This document shows, one piece after another, positions 20,178 through 30,190 of a DNA stretch of 64,000 nucleotides. Where the stretch lies: the NCBI GenBank assembly GCA_964505785.1, contig CAZDJZ010000003.1, positions 168,934 through 232,933 of the forward strand, in the 5' to 3' direction. The stretch is from an uncultured Eubacteriales bacterium (GTDB taxonomy: Bacteria; Acidobacteriota; Aminicenantia; Aminicenantales; Aminicenantaceae). The notes beneath the pieces are model-generated. The model searched no databases, was not told the origin of the DNA, and saw nothing but the letters and a program-made list of their open reading frames with translations. Position 1 is the stretch's first letter. Every line of letters starts with the position of its first letter. Made by a program: the position numbers and the translations under genes.

Positions 20178-21533
20178 ATGCAATTCCTTTATAGTCTGTG
20201 TATTCTTTCTTTTTTTCTACTGCTCGGCAAAATCATGCGGTCCAATTTAAAATTTCTCCAAAACCTGTTCCTTCCCTCCGCAATCATCGCAGGGTTTTTG
20301 GCCTTGGCTGTGGGGCCTTACGGCGCTAATCTGCTTCCGACCTGGGTTCTGGACCAATGGAGTCCTCTGCCTGGGATTCTCATTAATCTTGTATTCGCCT
20401 GCCTGTTTTTAGGTGTTGGTATTCCAGGTGTACGCAAAATTTGGAGTGAAGGCGGAACACAATTATGTTTCGGAGTCATTACCGGAATGGGACAATATTT
20501 CATCGCCTTGCTCATAACCGGAATAATTCTGGTCCCGTTATTTAAAGTGCACAGGCTCTTCGGATGCATTGTGGAAATCGGATTTTCCGGCGGCCACGGA
20601 ACCGCAGCCGGAATGAAGGATGCTTTCCAGGGTTACGGGTTTCAGGCAGGAGGGGATTTAGCACTTATGTCCGCGACCGTTGGCATTATCAGTGCTGTTA
20701 TCGTAGGCATGATTCTCATCAACATCGCAATCCGCCGGGATTACTGCACACATTTAAGTGAGAAAAAAGGGATTCCCTCCTATAAAAGAAAAGGATTGAT
20801 TCCTGCGCCGCAGCGCTATTCCATCGCCACCGCGACAGTGGCTTCTGAAGCGATCGAACCGCTGACTTTTCATTTTGCCATTGTCGGGATTGCCGTCGCC
20901 CTGGGCTGGGGAATGCTGTCCGGCCTTCAAACCCTTCATGCTGAATTCGATAAATTCCCCTTGTTTCCTTTGGCCATGATCGGCGGACTGATTGTGCAAA
21001 AAATTTCAATTAAGACCGGGGTCGACAAATACTATGACCGCAGCACTTTTGAGCGCATTCTCGGATTCTCCCTGGACATTCTGGTCGTTTCCGCCATTGC
21101 CACCATTAAGCTGGATGTATTTATCGCTAATTTTTGGCCTTTTCTCATTATCATGACTACCGGGATTCTCTGGGTGGTTTTCTGCACGATGTTCCTGGCT
21201 CCCCGGATGTTTCCCCGCTACTGGTTCGAACGCGGTATTACCGAGTACGGGATGCAGACGGGAGTTACCGCCATCGGTCTCTTGCTGCTGCGGGTCGTCG
21301 ACCCAGTATACCGGACTGATACAGCCCGGGCTTTTGGATTCAAACAGATGATCTATGAACCTTTCCTGGGTGGAGGTTTTATCACTGCTTTTTCCCCGAT
21401 GCTGGTAGCCTCTCTCGGATTGTGGTCTTCCATCGCCATCGCCTTCGGCATTATGCTGGTTTTCTTTCTGATTTCCTTCTTAAACGGCTGGGTGAATTTT
21501 AAGCCGGATCTCCAAGCCAAATCAGAATCATGA
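20178..21533 (+). CDS. Sodium/glutamate symporter (GltS family)
   Basis: LFLPSAIIAG, GFSGGHGTAAG, YGMQTGVTAIGLLLLRVVDP; many TMs; GAGGAG RBS. Confidence 0.85.
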   Translation: MQFLYSLCILSFFLLLGKIMRSNLKFLQNLFLPSAIIAGFLALAVGPYGANLLPTWVLDQWSPLPGILINLVFACLFLGVGIPGVRKIWSEGGTQLCFGVITGMGQYFIALLITGIILVPLFKVHRLFGCIVEIGFSGGHGTAAGMKDAFQGYGFQAGGDLALMSATVGIISAVIVGMILINIAIRRDYCTHLSEKKGIPSYKRKGLIPAPQRYSIATATVASEAIEPLTFHFAIVGIAVALGWGMLSGLQTLHAEFDKFPLFPLAMIGGLIVQKISIKTGVDKYYDRSTFERILGFSLDILVVSAIATIKLDVFIANFWPFLIIMTTGILWVVFCTMFLAPRMFPRYWFERGITEYGMQTGVTAIGLLLLRVVDPVYRTDTARAFGFKQMIYEPFLGGGFITAFSPMLVASLGLWSSIAIAFGIMLVFFLISFLNGWVNFKPDLQAKSES

Positions 21534-21606
21534 GCTGTTCAGATGTTATAGATATCACGAAATGCCTTAAACCGTCGCGTATGAATATTTTTTGCTGAAT
21601 TTCTAT

Positions 21607-23088
21607 TTACCGGATCTCCAATTCCTTGAGGCGTTCGGCGCAGCTTTTTAATGGTTTTGGGAAGGCGAGCCGGGCTCCCTTCTCAGCAAGAATAATAAAT
21701 TTATCCAGGTCCAGGCCGGATGTCTTTCCGGTCAGGGCAATTCGCAGAGGGTGATATAAATGCTTGCCTTTACACCCGGTCTCTTGCTGCACGCTTTTGG
21801 CGATCTCCATGAACTTTTTTAAATCCACTGGAGTGTGGGGAAGACGCTGCTTAAATGCGGTTACAACTTTCCGTCCGCATTCTGTGTTCAGTTCTTCTTT
21901 GTCCTCCGGAGAGATGTCTTCAGAAGAATAGTCAAATAATAACCGGAATTTCTCTGTCAAATCTGAAAGAGTATCCACCCGCTCGGATAAGATCTCGACC
22001 GCCTCTTCCAGCCAAGTCCAATGGCCCTGGTGCAGTTCTCCCGGAAGAATACCAGCTTCTTGTAAAAACGGTACCGTTTTTTGAGCTTTTTCTATAGGAG
22101 AAAGTGATTTGATATGCTGCCGGTTTATCCAAAATAATTTTTGATAGTCAAAAATCGCTGCCGACCGGCTGACCCGGTCCAGGCTGAAGGCCCGGATCAG
22201 TTCATCACGGGATAAAAGCTCCTTTCCCCCGGAAGGCGCCCATCCTAATAAGGCTAAATAATTAAACAAGGCGGAGGCAAGCACACCCTGTCTCCGGAAT
22301 TGTCCTACAGAGGCGGCCCCATGCCTTTTACTCAACCGGGTGTTGTCCTCTCCCATGACCATGGAAAGATGGGCATACTGAGGAGACGGAATCCCCAGGG
22401 CTTCAAACAGCAAAAGCTGCCGGACGGTGTTAATGAGATGGTCTTCACCCCGGATAACATGGGTGATCTGCATTAAGGCATCATCGATGACAACAGCAAA
22501 ATTATACGCGGGATGCCCGTTGGAGCGGACCAGAACAAAATCACCGATCAAATTCAAATCAAAGGAAAGAGAATCTCTCACAAGATCATGAAAACTGAAT
22601 TGTTTTTGGCGCGCAGTCTTCAGCCTTACTACAGCCGGTTCTCCTTCTCGAACCCTGCGGTCTGCTTTATCCGCGGGAATATTCCGGCATTTTCGGCTGT
22701 AGACAGGTGTTCGCCCGGCTTTGCGGGCGTGGTCTTTTTCCTGTTCCAACTCTTCCTGAGAACAAAAGCAGTAATAAGCCCGTCCATTCTCCAGCAATTT
22801 ATGCGTATGGGCCCGGTATAACTCCATCCGCTCGGATTGACGGTACGGGCCGAAATCGCCGCCGGTATCCGGTCCTTCATCCCAATCCAAACCCAGCCAG
22901 CTCAAGTCATTTTTCAGAGCTTCTTCATATTCCAATGAAGAACGTTCAATATCCGTATCCTCAACTCTTAAAATAAAAACACCTTCTTCCCTGCGGGCAA
23001 AAAGCCAATTAAAAAGGGCCGTCCTGGCATTGCCGATATGAAGGAATCCAGTGGGACTCGGCGCAAATCTGACTCTCACTTTATTCAT
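21607..23088 (-). CDS. gltX: Glutamyl-tRNA synthetase
   Basis: RFAPSPTGFLHIGN, HVIRGEDH, LSKR; start placed at MNKVRV. Confidence 0.96.
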   Translation of the reverse strand: MNKVRVRFAPSPTGFLHIGNARTALFNWLFARREEGVFILRVEDTDIERSSLEYEEALKNDLSWLGLDWDEGPDTGGDFGPYRQSERMELYRAHTHKLLENGRAYYCFCSQEELEQEKDHARKAGRTPVYSRKCRNIPADKADRRVREGEPAVVRLKTARQKQFSFHDLVRDSLSFDLNLIGDFVLVRSNGHPAYNFAVVIDDALMQITHVIRGEDHLINTVRQLLLFEALGIPSPQYAHLSMVMGEDNTRLSKRHGAASVGQFRRQGVLASALFNYLALLGWAPSGGKELLSRDELIRAFSLDRVSRSAAIFDYQKLFWINRQHIKSLSPIEKAQKTVPFLQEAGILPGELHQGHWTWLEEAVEILSERVDTLSDLTEKFRLLFDYSSEDISPEDKEELNTECGRKVVTAFKQRLPHTPVDLKKFMEIAKSVQQETGCKGKHLYHPLRIALTGKTSGLDLDKFIILAEKGARLAFPKPLKSCAERLKELEIR

Positions 23089-23131
23089 AGTTTCTACAGT
23101 GTAAACTATTTCCCAAAAAAACCCAAGCCCG

Positions 23132-23230
23132 TCCGCTGTGCCCGCGTTCATCGCGTGCTTTTAGTCCATCTAGGTCTGTCTAAATCTATCTAAGTCTTTT
23201 CGGTCTATTCCGTCCATTCGGTCTGTTCAG
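23132..23230 (-). repeat. 9/10-bp satellite module (S), copy 2
   Basis: Reverse complement CTGAACAGACCGAATGGACGGAATAGACCGAAAAGACTTAGATAGATTTAGACAGACCTAGATGGACT...ACGCGATGAACGCGGGCACAGCGGA. Confidence 0.8.
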
Positions 23231-23244
23231 CCCTTTTAGTTTAA

Positions 23245-23401
23245 CCTGAAACTCCAGGCCGATGAAAGGCTCCCAGTGAACTGCTGCAATGGAAACGTTT
23301 CTTATTTGACGAAGCTGACATTGGATCAGGCGAAGCAGACTGGAATCCTTCGCTTCGCTCAGGATGCCCCAGGCAGGTCATTTATGAACTAATATTTCGG
23401 G
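23245..23401 (+). repeat. Composite element: partial H + R arm + terminus
   Basis: 23290-23338 matches the 3' part of H (38/49); ATCCTTCGCTTCGCTCAGGATG; GTCATTTATGAACTAATATTTCGGG end. Confidence 0.7.
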
Positions 23402-23439
23402 AGTGGCCCGGGCTTATTATCAGCTCCACTTTTTATAAA

Positions 23440-23931
23440 TTAATCCTGAGCATTTTTCATTTCCAGCAAAACCGTCACCCAGGCAGCTATGGCTTCCCGC
23501 CGGCCCAAGCTATCCAAACCCTCGTTGGTTTTTGCTTTTATACTGATTTTTTTCGGAGAAACGTCCAATATCTTTGCAAGCCCGCCTTTTATTTCTGGAA
23601 GGTATTCCCGGAGAACAGGTTTCTCGGCAATCACGACCGAATCCAGGTTGATTAGCTCGGCCTTACGTTCAAGCCGAATCTTATTCACTTTTTCAAGAAG
23701 GATCCGGCTGGATATATCTTTATACTCCGGATCTGAATCCGGGAAATACGTTCCAATGTCTCCTTCGTTCAGCGCGCCTAAAATCGCGTCGATCACCGCA
23801 TGAACCAGGCAATCGCCGTCAGAATGACCTGATAAACCCATAGGAAAGGGAATATGCTGCCCTCCCAATATCAAATCCCGGCCCGCCTCAAGACGGTGAA
23901 TATCAAATCCTATTCCCGTACGGTAAGTCAA
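23440..23931 (-). CDS. ispF: MECDP synthase
   Basis: GIGFDIH, GHSDGD, GDIGTYFPD, KAKTNE. Confidence 0.95.
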   Translation of the reverse strand: MTYRTGIGFDIHRLEAGRDLILGGQHIPFPMGLSGHSDGDCLVHAVIDAILGALNEGDIGTYFPDSDPEYKDISSRILLEKVNKIRLERKAELINLDSVVIAEKPVLREYLPEIKGGLAKILDVSPKKISIKAKTNEGLDSLGRREAIAAWVTVLLEMKNAQD

Positions 23932-24589
23932 ACAGCACCTCCGCTAATTGTAAATCCCAGGGTGTGGTGATTTTTATATTTTTCCGGTCTCCGTCTACCA
24001 CTTTCACTTCAGAGCCAAAGCGCTCAACCAGCGAAACATCATCCGTTCCCGAGAATCCCAGTTTGCCGGCTTCCTCCAGGGCGGCTTTCAATAGATGAAA
24101 ATGAAAACCCTGCGGCGTTTGGGCACGAAAATATCGTCTCCGGTCTACGGTCCCGACCCGCCCGTTTTCCCTCCTTACTTTCAATGTGTCTTCCAGGGAA
24201 ATCCCGGGGAAGGCCGCGCCGGTTTCTCTTGCGGCCGCGATAACCCGGGAAATCAGTCCGGGGCTTATGAAAGGCCTGGCCCCGTCGTGTATAAGGACCA
24301 AGTCCGCCTCTCTGATCTTATTCAATCCAGCGGATACGGATTTCTGCCGGGTAGAGCCGCCCGGGACAACCGTTTTTAATTTTGAATAACGGCTGCTGCA
24401 AAATTCCGGAATTAATTCCGGTTTCAAAACTAAAACAATCTCATCCACATCAAGATGATTTTGAAAGGCATCCAGGCTCCAATACAGAAGCGGCTTCCCT
24501 CGTAATATTTCTATCTGTTTAGGGCCGCCAAAGCGGCGCCCGGAGCCGCCCGCAGCAATAACGGCTGCCGTCCTTGTGTTTTCTTCCAC
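23903..24589 (-). CDS. ispD: MEP cytidylyltransferase
   Basis: AGGSGRRFG..KQ, IHDGARP, QTPQ, NIKITT. Confidence 0.95.
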   Translation of the reverse strand: MEENTRTAAVIAAGGSGRRFGGPKQIEILRGKPLLYWSLDAFQNHLDVDEIVLVLKPELIPEFCSSRYSKLKTVVPGGSTRQKSVSAGLNKIREADLVLIHDGARPFISPGLISRVIAAARETGAAFPGISLEDTLKVRRENGRVGTVDRRRYFRAQTPQGFHFHLLKAALEEAGKLGFSGTDDVSLVERFGSEVKVVDGDRKNIKITTPWDLQLAEVLFDLPYGNRI

Positions 24590-24591
24590 TC

Positions 24592-26454
24592 TTACTCCGC
24601 AATATTTTTTGCCGCGGTTAACATAATATCCTGGATGCGGGGGACCACGGAATCTATTTTCTCCAGCACCCCTTCCCGCAGCAGCATGTTATCCAGCAGC
24701 TGCCAGGAAAGATTTTCCAGCCCCGCGGATTGAGGGGCTTTTTCGTAGATGCGGACCATTTCCCGTATAAGAGGGCTTTCCGGATTGATTTCAATCACTT
24801 TCTTGCTGAATTCATATTCCTTATTCGCCATTTTCAGGATTTTTTCCATTTGAACCGACGGGCCGCCCCCCGGCTGAACCAAAATAGAGGGGCTGTCGAC
24901 CAGCCGCTCGGAAACCCGGACATCCACGACCTTGTCTCCATACAGTTTTTTTAGATAATCAATGAAGTTATTCAAGCTTTCCAGGTTAACGGCCTTCTTG
25001 GTTTCTTTATCCTTGTCCAGCTTGATATCGGCTGTGGATGCGGGTTTAAAAGGCTTTCCTTCAAACTCCCCCAAGTGATCAATCACGAACTCATCCATCG
25101 GATCATCCAGATAAAGCACTTCCAAATCTTTTTTCTTAAATGCTTCCAGGGCGGGATTCCGGTCAATGGCATTCAAATCCAGCCCGGAAACAGTATAAAT
25201 TTCTTTTTGATCCGGTTTCATCCGCTGGACATATGCAGGAAGGTCAGTATGGCCAAAATTCTCTTTGCTGGAAGAATGAAAAAGAAGCAGGGGGGCCAGC
25301 TTGTTTTTATTCTCGAAATCCATCGCTACGCCTTCTTTCAAATAACGGCTGAATTTTTCCCATAAGGACAAGTATTGATCCCAGTTTCTTTTTTTTATGC
25401 TTTCCAGGTGCTGCAGAATTTTCTTAATGATATGTTTGCGGATCTTATCAATTTTGAGGTTATTCTGGATGGATTCGCGCGAAATATTCAATGGGATGTC
25501 TTCTGAATCAACCACACCGCGGACAAAGCGCATATATTCCGGAAGAATGTCCCGGCTGCCCTTTTGAATCAAAATCTTGCGGGAATAAAGATCCACTCCC
25601 GGCTCGGTTTTGAACAAGCCCAGGCTCTCTAATGAAAACCGGGGAATAAACAAAATTGCATTAAACTGAACAGGTGCATCCGAAGACAGATGCAGGAACG
25701 TTTCCGGCTCTTCCGCCGTATTATCAAAAAATTTATAAAAATCAATATAGTCCTTGTCCGAAAGGCCGGCCTTCGGCTGAGTCCAGATCGCCTTAGCCAC
25801 CTCGACTTTTTCACCCTCAATATACACCGGGAAGGGAACGAATTTAGAATAAGTGGAAATAATATTTTTAATGGTCTCTTTTTCTAAGAACTTGGTTTCA
25901 TCTTTCTTGAGAACCACCTCTATCCGGGTTCCCCGTTTTTTCTTTATGGTTTCTTCTATAACATAAGATGTTCCGCCGGAGGAAATCCATGCGTAAGCCG
26001 GACTGTCTTTTTGATAGGATTTGGTGATAATGCGAACTTCCTTTGCCGCCATGAATGTGGAATAAAAACCAACTCCAAATTTTCCAATTAAATCAAGCTG
26101 CTCTTTGTCTTTGGTTTCGGTCAGTTTTTTCAGAAAATCCACGGTCCCGGAATGAGCAATCGTCCCGATGTTCCGGATCAATTCCTGCCGGGTCATCCCT
26201 ACCCCTGTGTCTTCAATAATCAATTTATTCTGGATTTGGTTAAAAGATATATCAATGCGCAGTTCGCTGTCTTTTTCTTCCATCTCGGATTCGGTTAACA
26301 GCTCGAACTGCATCTTATTCAACGCATCAACCGCATTAGAAATCAATTCCCTGACAAAAACATCCTTGTTTTTGTATAAAGAATAAACCAGAATATCGAG
26401 AAGCTGCTTGATTTCAGATTGGAATTCAAATTTTTCATGTTTCCCTTTTGTCAT
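24592..26454 (-). CDS. htpG: Chaperone HtpG (Hsp90)
   Basis: RELISNAVDA, DTGVGM, IGKFGVGFYS, PLNISRE. Confidence 0.96.
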   Translation of the reverse strand: MTKGKHEKFEFQSEIKQLLDILVYSLYKNKDVFVRELISNAVDALNKMQFELLTESEMEEKDSELRIDISFNQIQNKLIIEDTGVGMTRQELIRNIGTIAHSGTVDFLKKLTETKDKEQLDLIGKFGVGFYSTFMAAKEVRIITKSYQKDSPAYAWISSGGTSYVIEETIKKKRGTRIEVVLKKDETKFLEKETIKNIISTYSKFVPFPVYIEGEKVEVAKAIWTQPKAGLSDKDYIDFYKFFDNTAEEPETFLHLSSDAPVQFNAILFIPRFSLESLGLFKTEPGVDLYSRKILIQKGSRDILPEYMRFVRGVVDSEDIPLNISRESIQNNLKIDKIRKHIIKKILQHLESIKKRNWDQYLSLWEKFSRYLKEGVAMDFENKNKLAPLLLFHSSSKENFGHTDLPAYVQRMKPDQKEIYTVSGLDLNAIDRNPALEAFKKKDLEVLYLDDPMDEFVIDHLGEFEGKPFKPASTADIKLDKDKETKKAVNLESLNNFIDYLKKLYGDKVVDVRVSERLVDSPSILVQPGGGPSVQMEKILKMANKEYEFSKKVIEINPESPLIREMVRIYEKAPQSAGLENLSWQLLDNMLLREGVLEKIDSVVPRIQDIMLTAAKNIAE

Positions 26455-26494
26455 ATGTCTTCCTCCATAATAATCTTTCGGCAGGGAGCGGCTG

Positions 26495-27478
26495 TTATTC
26501 CCCGTTATATCGGGCGAAAATCATTTTCCCAACTGTGGTCTGAAGGACAGAAGTCACGGTGACATCCACATTTTGACCGATCATTTTACGGGAGTTATCT
26601 ACCACAACCATAGTCCCGTCATCGAGATAAGCGACTCCCTGATCTTTTTCTTTTCCTTCTTTTAAAATAAAGACTTGAATGGTTTCGCCTGGCAAAACAA
26701 CAGGCTTTAAGGCATTGGCGAGTTCGTTTATGTTCATCACCGGGATTCCATGCAGCTGTGCAACCTTATTGAGATTAAAATCATTGGTAACCACTTTTCC
26801 GTCCATCTGCTTGGCCAGCTCCAGGAGCTTGGAGTCTACATCCTTGACATCCGGAAAATCCACTTCAGAAATAATGACCTGAACCTTAGAAGAATGCTGA
26901 AGATGGTCCAGCACATCCAATCCGCGCCGTCCCCGCTGCCGCTTGACACCGTCAGAGGAATCCGCCACCATCTGAAGCTCTTTCAATACAAATTGAGGAA
27001 CTATCAACGAACCTTCCATAAAAGCGGTATCACAGAGATCTGAAATCCGGCCGTCAATGATAACACTGGTGTCCAGAATTTTGAAACTTCGCCCCACGCT
27101 TTTTTCTTTAATAAAGCGGAAGAGATGGGAAGGGTTGAGCCATTCCGGCCGCCTTAAACCGATAAGAAAGCCTATATACGGCATGACAAGCAAAAAGAAA
27201 ATCCGGATGAAGAGGGATGAAGTTTCATCCGCGGGCACACCTTGATAAACCATGCCTAAAAACCACCCCAGGGCAATTCCTGAAAAAGTCCCTATCATGG
27301 AACTCCAAATAATTCTGAATTGTGTTTTGCGAATCCGGATTTCCAGAAAAACAACAAGAAGCCCAAGCAAAATTCCGGTCAAAGCTCCATAATGGGGCGG
27401 GAGAGCAAAGGGAGCCAAATAATATGCGATGGCACTTAAAACCAAAATAAAAAATAAACGAAAAATTAAAATACTCAT
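26495..27478 (-). CDS. Membrane PIN/TRAM-domain protein (YacL-like)
   Basis: TM helices, LDTSVIIDGR, RGRRGLD, TNDFNL, YLDDGTMVVV. Confidence 0.92.
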   Translation of the reverse strand: MSILIFRLFFILVLSAIAYYLAPFALPPHYGALTGILLGLLVVFLEIRIRKTQFRIIWSSMIGTFSGIALGWFLGMVYQGVPADETSSLFIRIFFLLVMPYIGFLIGLRRPEWLNPSHLFRFIKEKSVGRSFKILDTSVIIDGRISDLCDTAFMEGSLIVPQFVLKELQMVADSSDGVKRQRGRRGLDVLDHLQHSSKVQVIISEVDFPDVKDVDSKLLELAKQMDGKVVTNDFNLNKVAQLHGIPVMNINELANALKPVVLPGETIQVFILKEGKEKDQGVAYLDDGTMVVVDNSRKMIGQNVDVTVTSVLQTTVGKMIFARYNGE

Positions 27479-27505
27479 TATATGATCCTATTAAACATAT
27501 ATAAA

Positions 27506-28864
27506 TTAAAACATATAATCCAAAACCTGTTTAATATGCTTCACTCCAATAAGATGGATGTCCTTCTCTTTTCTCAAGCCGGACAGATTTCCTTCCGGCA
27601 GGATCATGGATTTAAAACCAAGGGCTGCGGATTCCTTTATCCGGACAGCCGGCTGGCTGACAGAACGGATTTCACCACTGAGCCCAATTTCACCCAGCAC
27701 AGTCATGTCCCGGGGCATTGGCCGGTTCTTGACGCAGGAAACAACCGCCGCTAAGACCCCTAAATCCGCGGCCGGCTCATTAATCGACAATCCGCCCGCT
27801 ACATTCAGATGGACATCCTGGCCGCCGAAACTCAATCCCAGCTTTTTTTCCATTACCGCCAAGAGCATGGCAACACGATACTGGTCAAGTCCGATGCTCA
27901 TTCTGCGAGGATTTCCAACAAACAATGTGGATGAGACCAGAGACTGAATTTCAGCCAGAAGCGGGCGGGAGCCTTTAATGGTGCAGACCGCAATGCTGCC
28001 GGCTTCATCCACCGGCCTTTCTTTTAAAAAAAACGCGGATGGATTGGGGATTGGTTCCAACCCTGCTCCGCTCATTTCGAAAATGGCCATCTCAGAAACC
28101 GGTCCAAACCGGTTTTTCAAAGCGCGGAGAATTCTGTGACTGTGATCCCTTTCACCTTCAAAATAAAGAACAACATCCACCATGTGCTCCAAAGTTTTCG
28201 GGCCGGCGAGAGAGCCTTCCTTGGTAATATGCCCGACCAGAAAAACCGGGACATTTCTCGTCTTAGCAAACCGAAAAATTTGATTGGTCACTTCCCGGAC
28301 TTGGCTTATTGTCCCGGGGCTGGAGCTCAAGCTGCTGGAAAAAATAGTCTGAACGGAATCCAGCACTATCAATTCAGGCTGAATTTTTTTTGTTTGTTCC
28401 AGAATTTGCTCCAGATTAGTCTCTGCCAAAATATACAAACGGCCTTCTCCGATCCCAAGCCGCTTGCCCCGCATTTTGATTTGTTCGAGGCTTTCCTCTC
28501 CTGAAATATACAGAACGCCTTTTTGATGCGCCGCGAATTCCCGGCTGACCTGAAGCAAAAGAGTGGACTTGCCGATACCCGGCTCTCCGCCAATCAAAAC
28601 CAGGGACCCGGTCACCAGCCCTCCGCCTAATACCCGGTCAATCTCTTCCAGTCCGGTATTTTCTCTTTGGTTTTGTTCTTCCTCAATATCTTGATATAAA
28701 ACAGGGCGGGACGGAGGGAAATCCATAGATTCCCCTAGAACTCCCCGCTCTTCCTTTTCTTCAATTAACGTGTCCCATTCGCCGCAGCCGGGGCATCTTC
28801 CCAGCCATTTCGGCGAATGCGCACCGCAATTTTGGCAAATAAAGACTGTCTTCGCTTTTTTCAT
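27506..28864 (-). CDS. radA: DNA repair protein RadA/Sms
   Basis: CQNCG..CPGC zinc finger, GEPGIGKS, KNRFG. Confidence 0.96.
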   Translation of the reverse strand: MKKAKTVFICQNCGAHSPKWLGRCPGCGEWDTLIEEKEERGVLGESMDFPPSRPVLYQDIEEEQNQRENTGLEEIDRVLGGGLVTGSLVLIGGEPGIGKSTLLLQVSREFAAHQKGVLYISGEESLEQIKMRGKRLGIGEGRLYILAETNLEQILEQTKKIQPELIVLDSVQTIFSSSLSSSPGTISQVREVTNQIFRFAKTRNVPVFLVGHITKEGSLAGPKTLEHMVDVVLYFEGERDHSHRILRALKNRFGPVSEMAIFEMSGAGLEPIPNPSAFFLKERPVDEAGSIAVCTIKGSRPLLAEIQSLVSSTLFVGNPRRMSIGLDQYRVAMLLAVMEKKLGLSFGGQDVHLNVAGGLSINEPAADLGVLAAVVSCVKNRPMPRDMTVLGEIGLSGEIRSVSQPAVRIKESAALGFKSMILPEGNLSGLRKEKDIHLIGVKHIKQVLDYMF

Positions 28865-30171
28865 ATCCCCAATCCAAACCCGAAAAAAAACTCTCGGCTG
28901 CTTTTGAGAGCAAAGTCCTCCACCCCCGCGATAACGTATACATATTTTGACAAGGAGAACCCTGAAGTAATCCGAAAATGCGGCTGCGGCCGGCGGTTGA
29001 AATCAAAAGCTTCCAGGCTGAATTTCACCCGGTCTTCCCAGGCAAAGACATCCAGTCCGGCACCGATCTTCGATTGCATGACGCCGGCCCTTGGTGAAAA
29101 ATCGCCCCAGCGGATACCGGCTTGGGCGGAATAAGTGAATTTGTCCTGCCAGGGATCTTGAATGATTTGGGCCATCAAATAGCGGTCGCCGGTAGGCCAA
29201 AGATAAAACGACAGATAACTTTTTACTAAATCCGGCCTTAAAAAATATTCAAACTGCAGTCCCACTGAAGCCCGAAATGCCGTAACCGGACGCATAACAT
29301 CCTGGATTTTCCCCATCGTCTCTTCGGCCTGCTGGTAGAGTTCCGGCTGCTGGATCAATTTTCCTAAAGTCCCTTCTCCCTGGTTTACTTTGTCAATGGC
29401 TTCATCCAGCCGGTTTAAGGATTCTTCCGCTTTCTCCACCAGTTTCGATATAGAATCGAGATTATTGCGGATAGGGCCCCGGTTTTCATCCACAAGGTCT
29501 TTAAATGTGGATATCAGCTCATCCAAACTATGAGAAATATCCGTCACTTCCCGGTCAAAATTCTGAATCGTCTGCTGGGTTTTCTCCAGGCCCTGGTTTA
29601 ACAGTTCTTTGTTCCGGGAAGAGATTTCCCGCAAATCTTTGGCAAAAACAGATATATCCGCCAACGCCCTGCTGAAATCCGCCTGGGCCTTTTTATTTCC
29701 TATAACTTCCCGGAGAGTCTCCCCGGTCTCCTGGATTTCGCTGCTGATATCCACCAGCTCAGTTCCCAATTTTTCCAAACTCAGGGGAAGCATAACCTCC
29801 AGTGATGTTCCCGCCATGGCATACTGCATGGTTTGGCCGGGAATGATTTCAATATATTTTTCACCCAGAATACCCAAAGAGGCCAAGGTCGCCTTGGAAT
29901 CAAGCGGTAATTTCACTTCCGGCCTTATGCTTAATTCCACTTCCGCCTTTTGTTCTTTTAAGCGGATATCTTTGACGTAGCCGATCTTAACCCCGGCCAT
30001 CCTCACTACGGTACCCTTTTCCAAGCCGGCAGCTGAATCAAAATATAGATACACAGGATACCCCGGCTCAGTAAACAGCCGGCTTAAATCCCCCACAAGA
30101 AAAACAAAGGAGCCCAAAATCACTGCGGCTGCTGTGATAAAAATTCCAATTTTTACTTCTCTTTTGATCAT
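28861..30171 (-). CDS. mlaD: Long MCE/MlaD-family protein
   Basis: N-terminal TM, GLEKGTVVRMAGVKIGYV, LGEKYIEI, long helical region, beta-rich C-terminus. Confidence 0.85.
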   Translation of the reverse strand: MIKREVKIGIFITAAAVILGSFVFLVGDLSRLFTEPGYPVYLYFDSAAGLEKGTVVRMAGVKIGYVKDIRLKEQKAEVELSIRPEVKLPLDSKATLASLGILGEKYIEIIPGQTMQYAMAGTSLEVMLPLSLEKLGTELVDISSEIQETGETLREVIGNKKAQADFSRALADISVFAKDLREISSRNKELLNQGLEKTQQTIQNFDREVTDISHSLDELISTFKDLVDENRGPIRNNLDSISKLVEKAEESLNRLDEAIDKVNQGEGTLGKLIQQPELYQQAEETMGKIQDVMRPVTAFRASVGLQFEYFLRPDLVKSYLSFYLWPTGDRYLMAQIIQDPWQDKFTYSAQAGIRWGDFSPRAGVMQSKIGAGLDVFAWEDRVKFSLEAFDFNRRPQPHFRITSGFSLSKYVYVIAGVEDFALKSSREFFFGFGLGI

Positions 30172-30190
30172 CTTCCATCTCCCCGGCCAT

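Noticed and set aside
23089-23151. N-terminal extension of gltX
   Set aside because: It begins inside the satellite repeat; homology starts at MNKVRVRFAPS.
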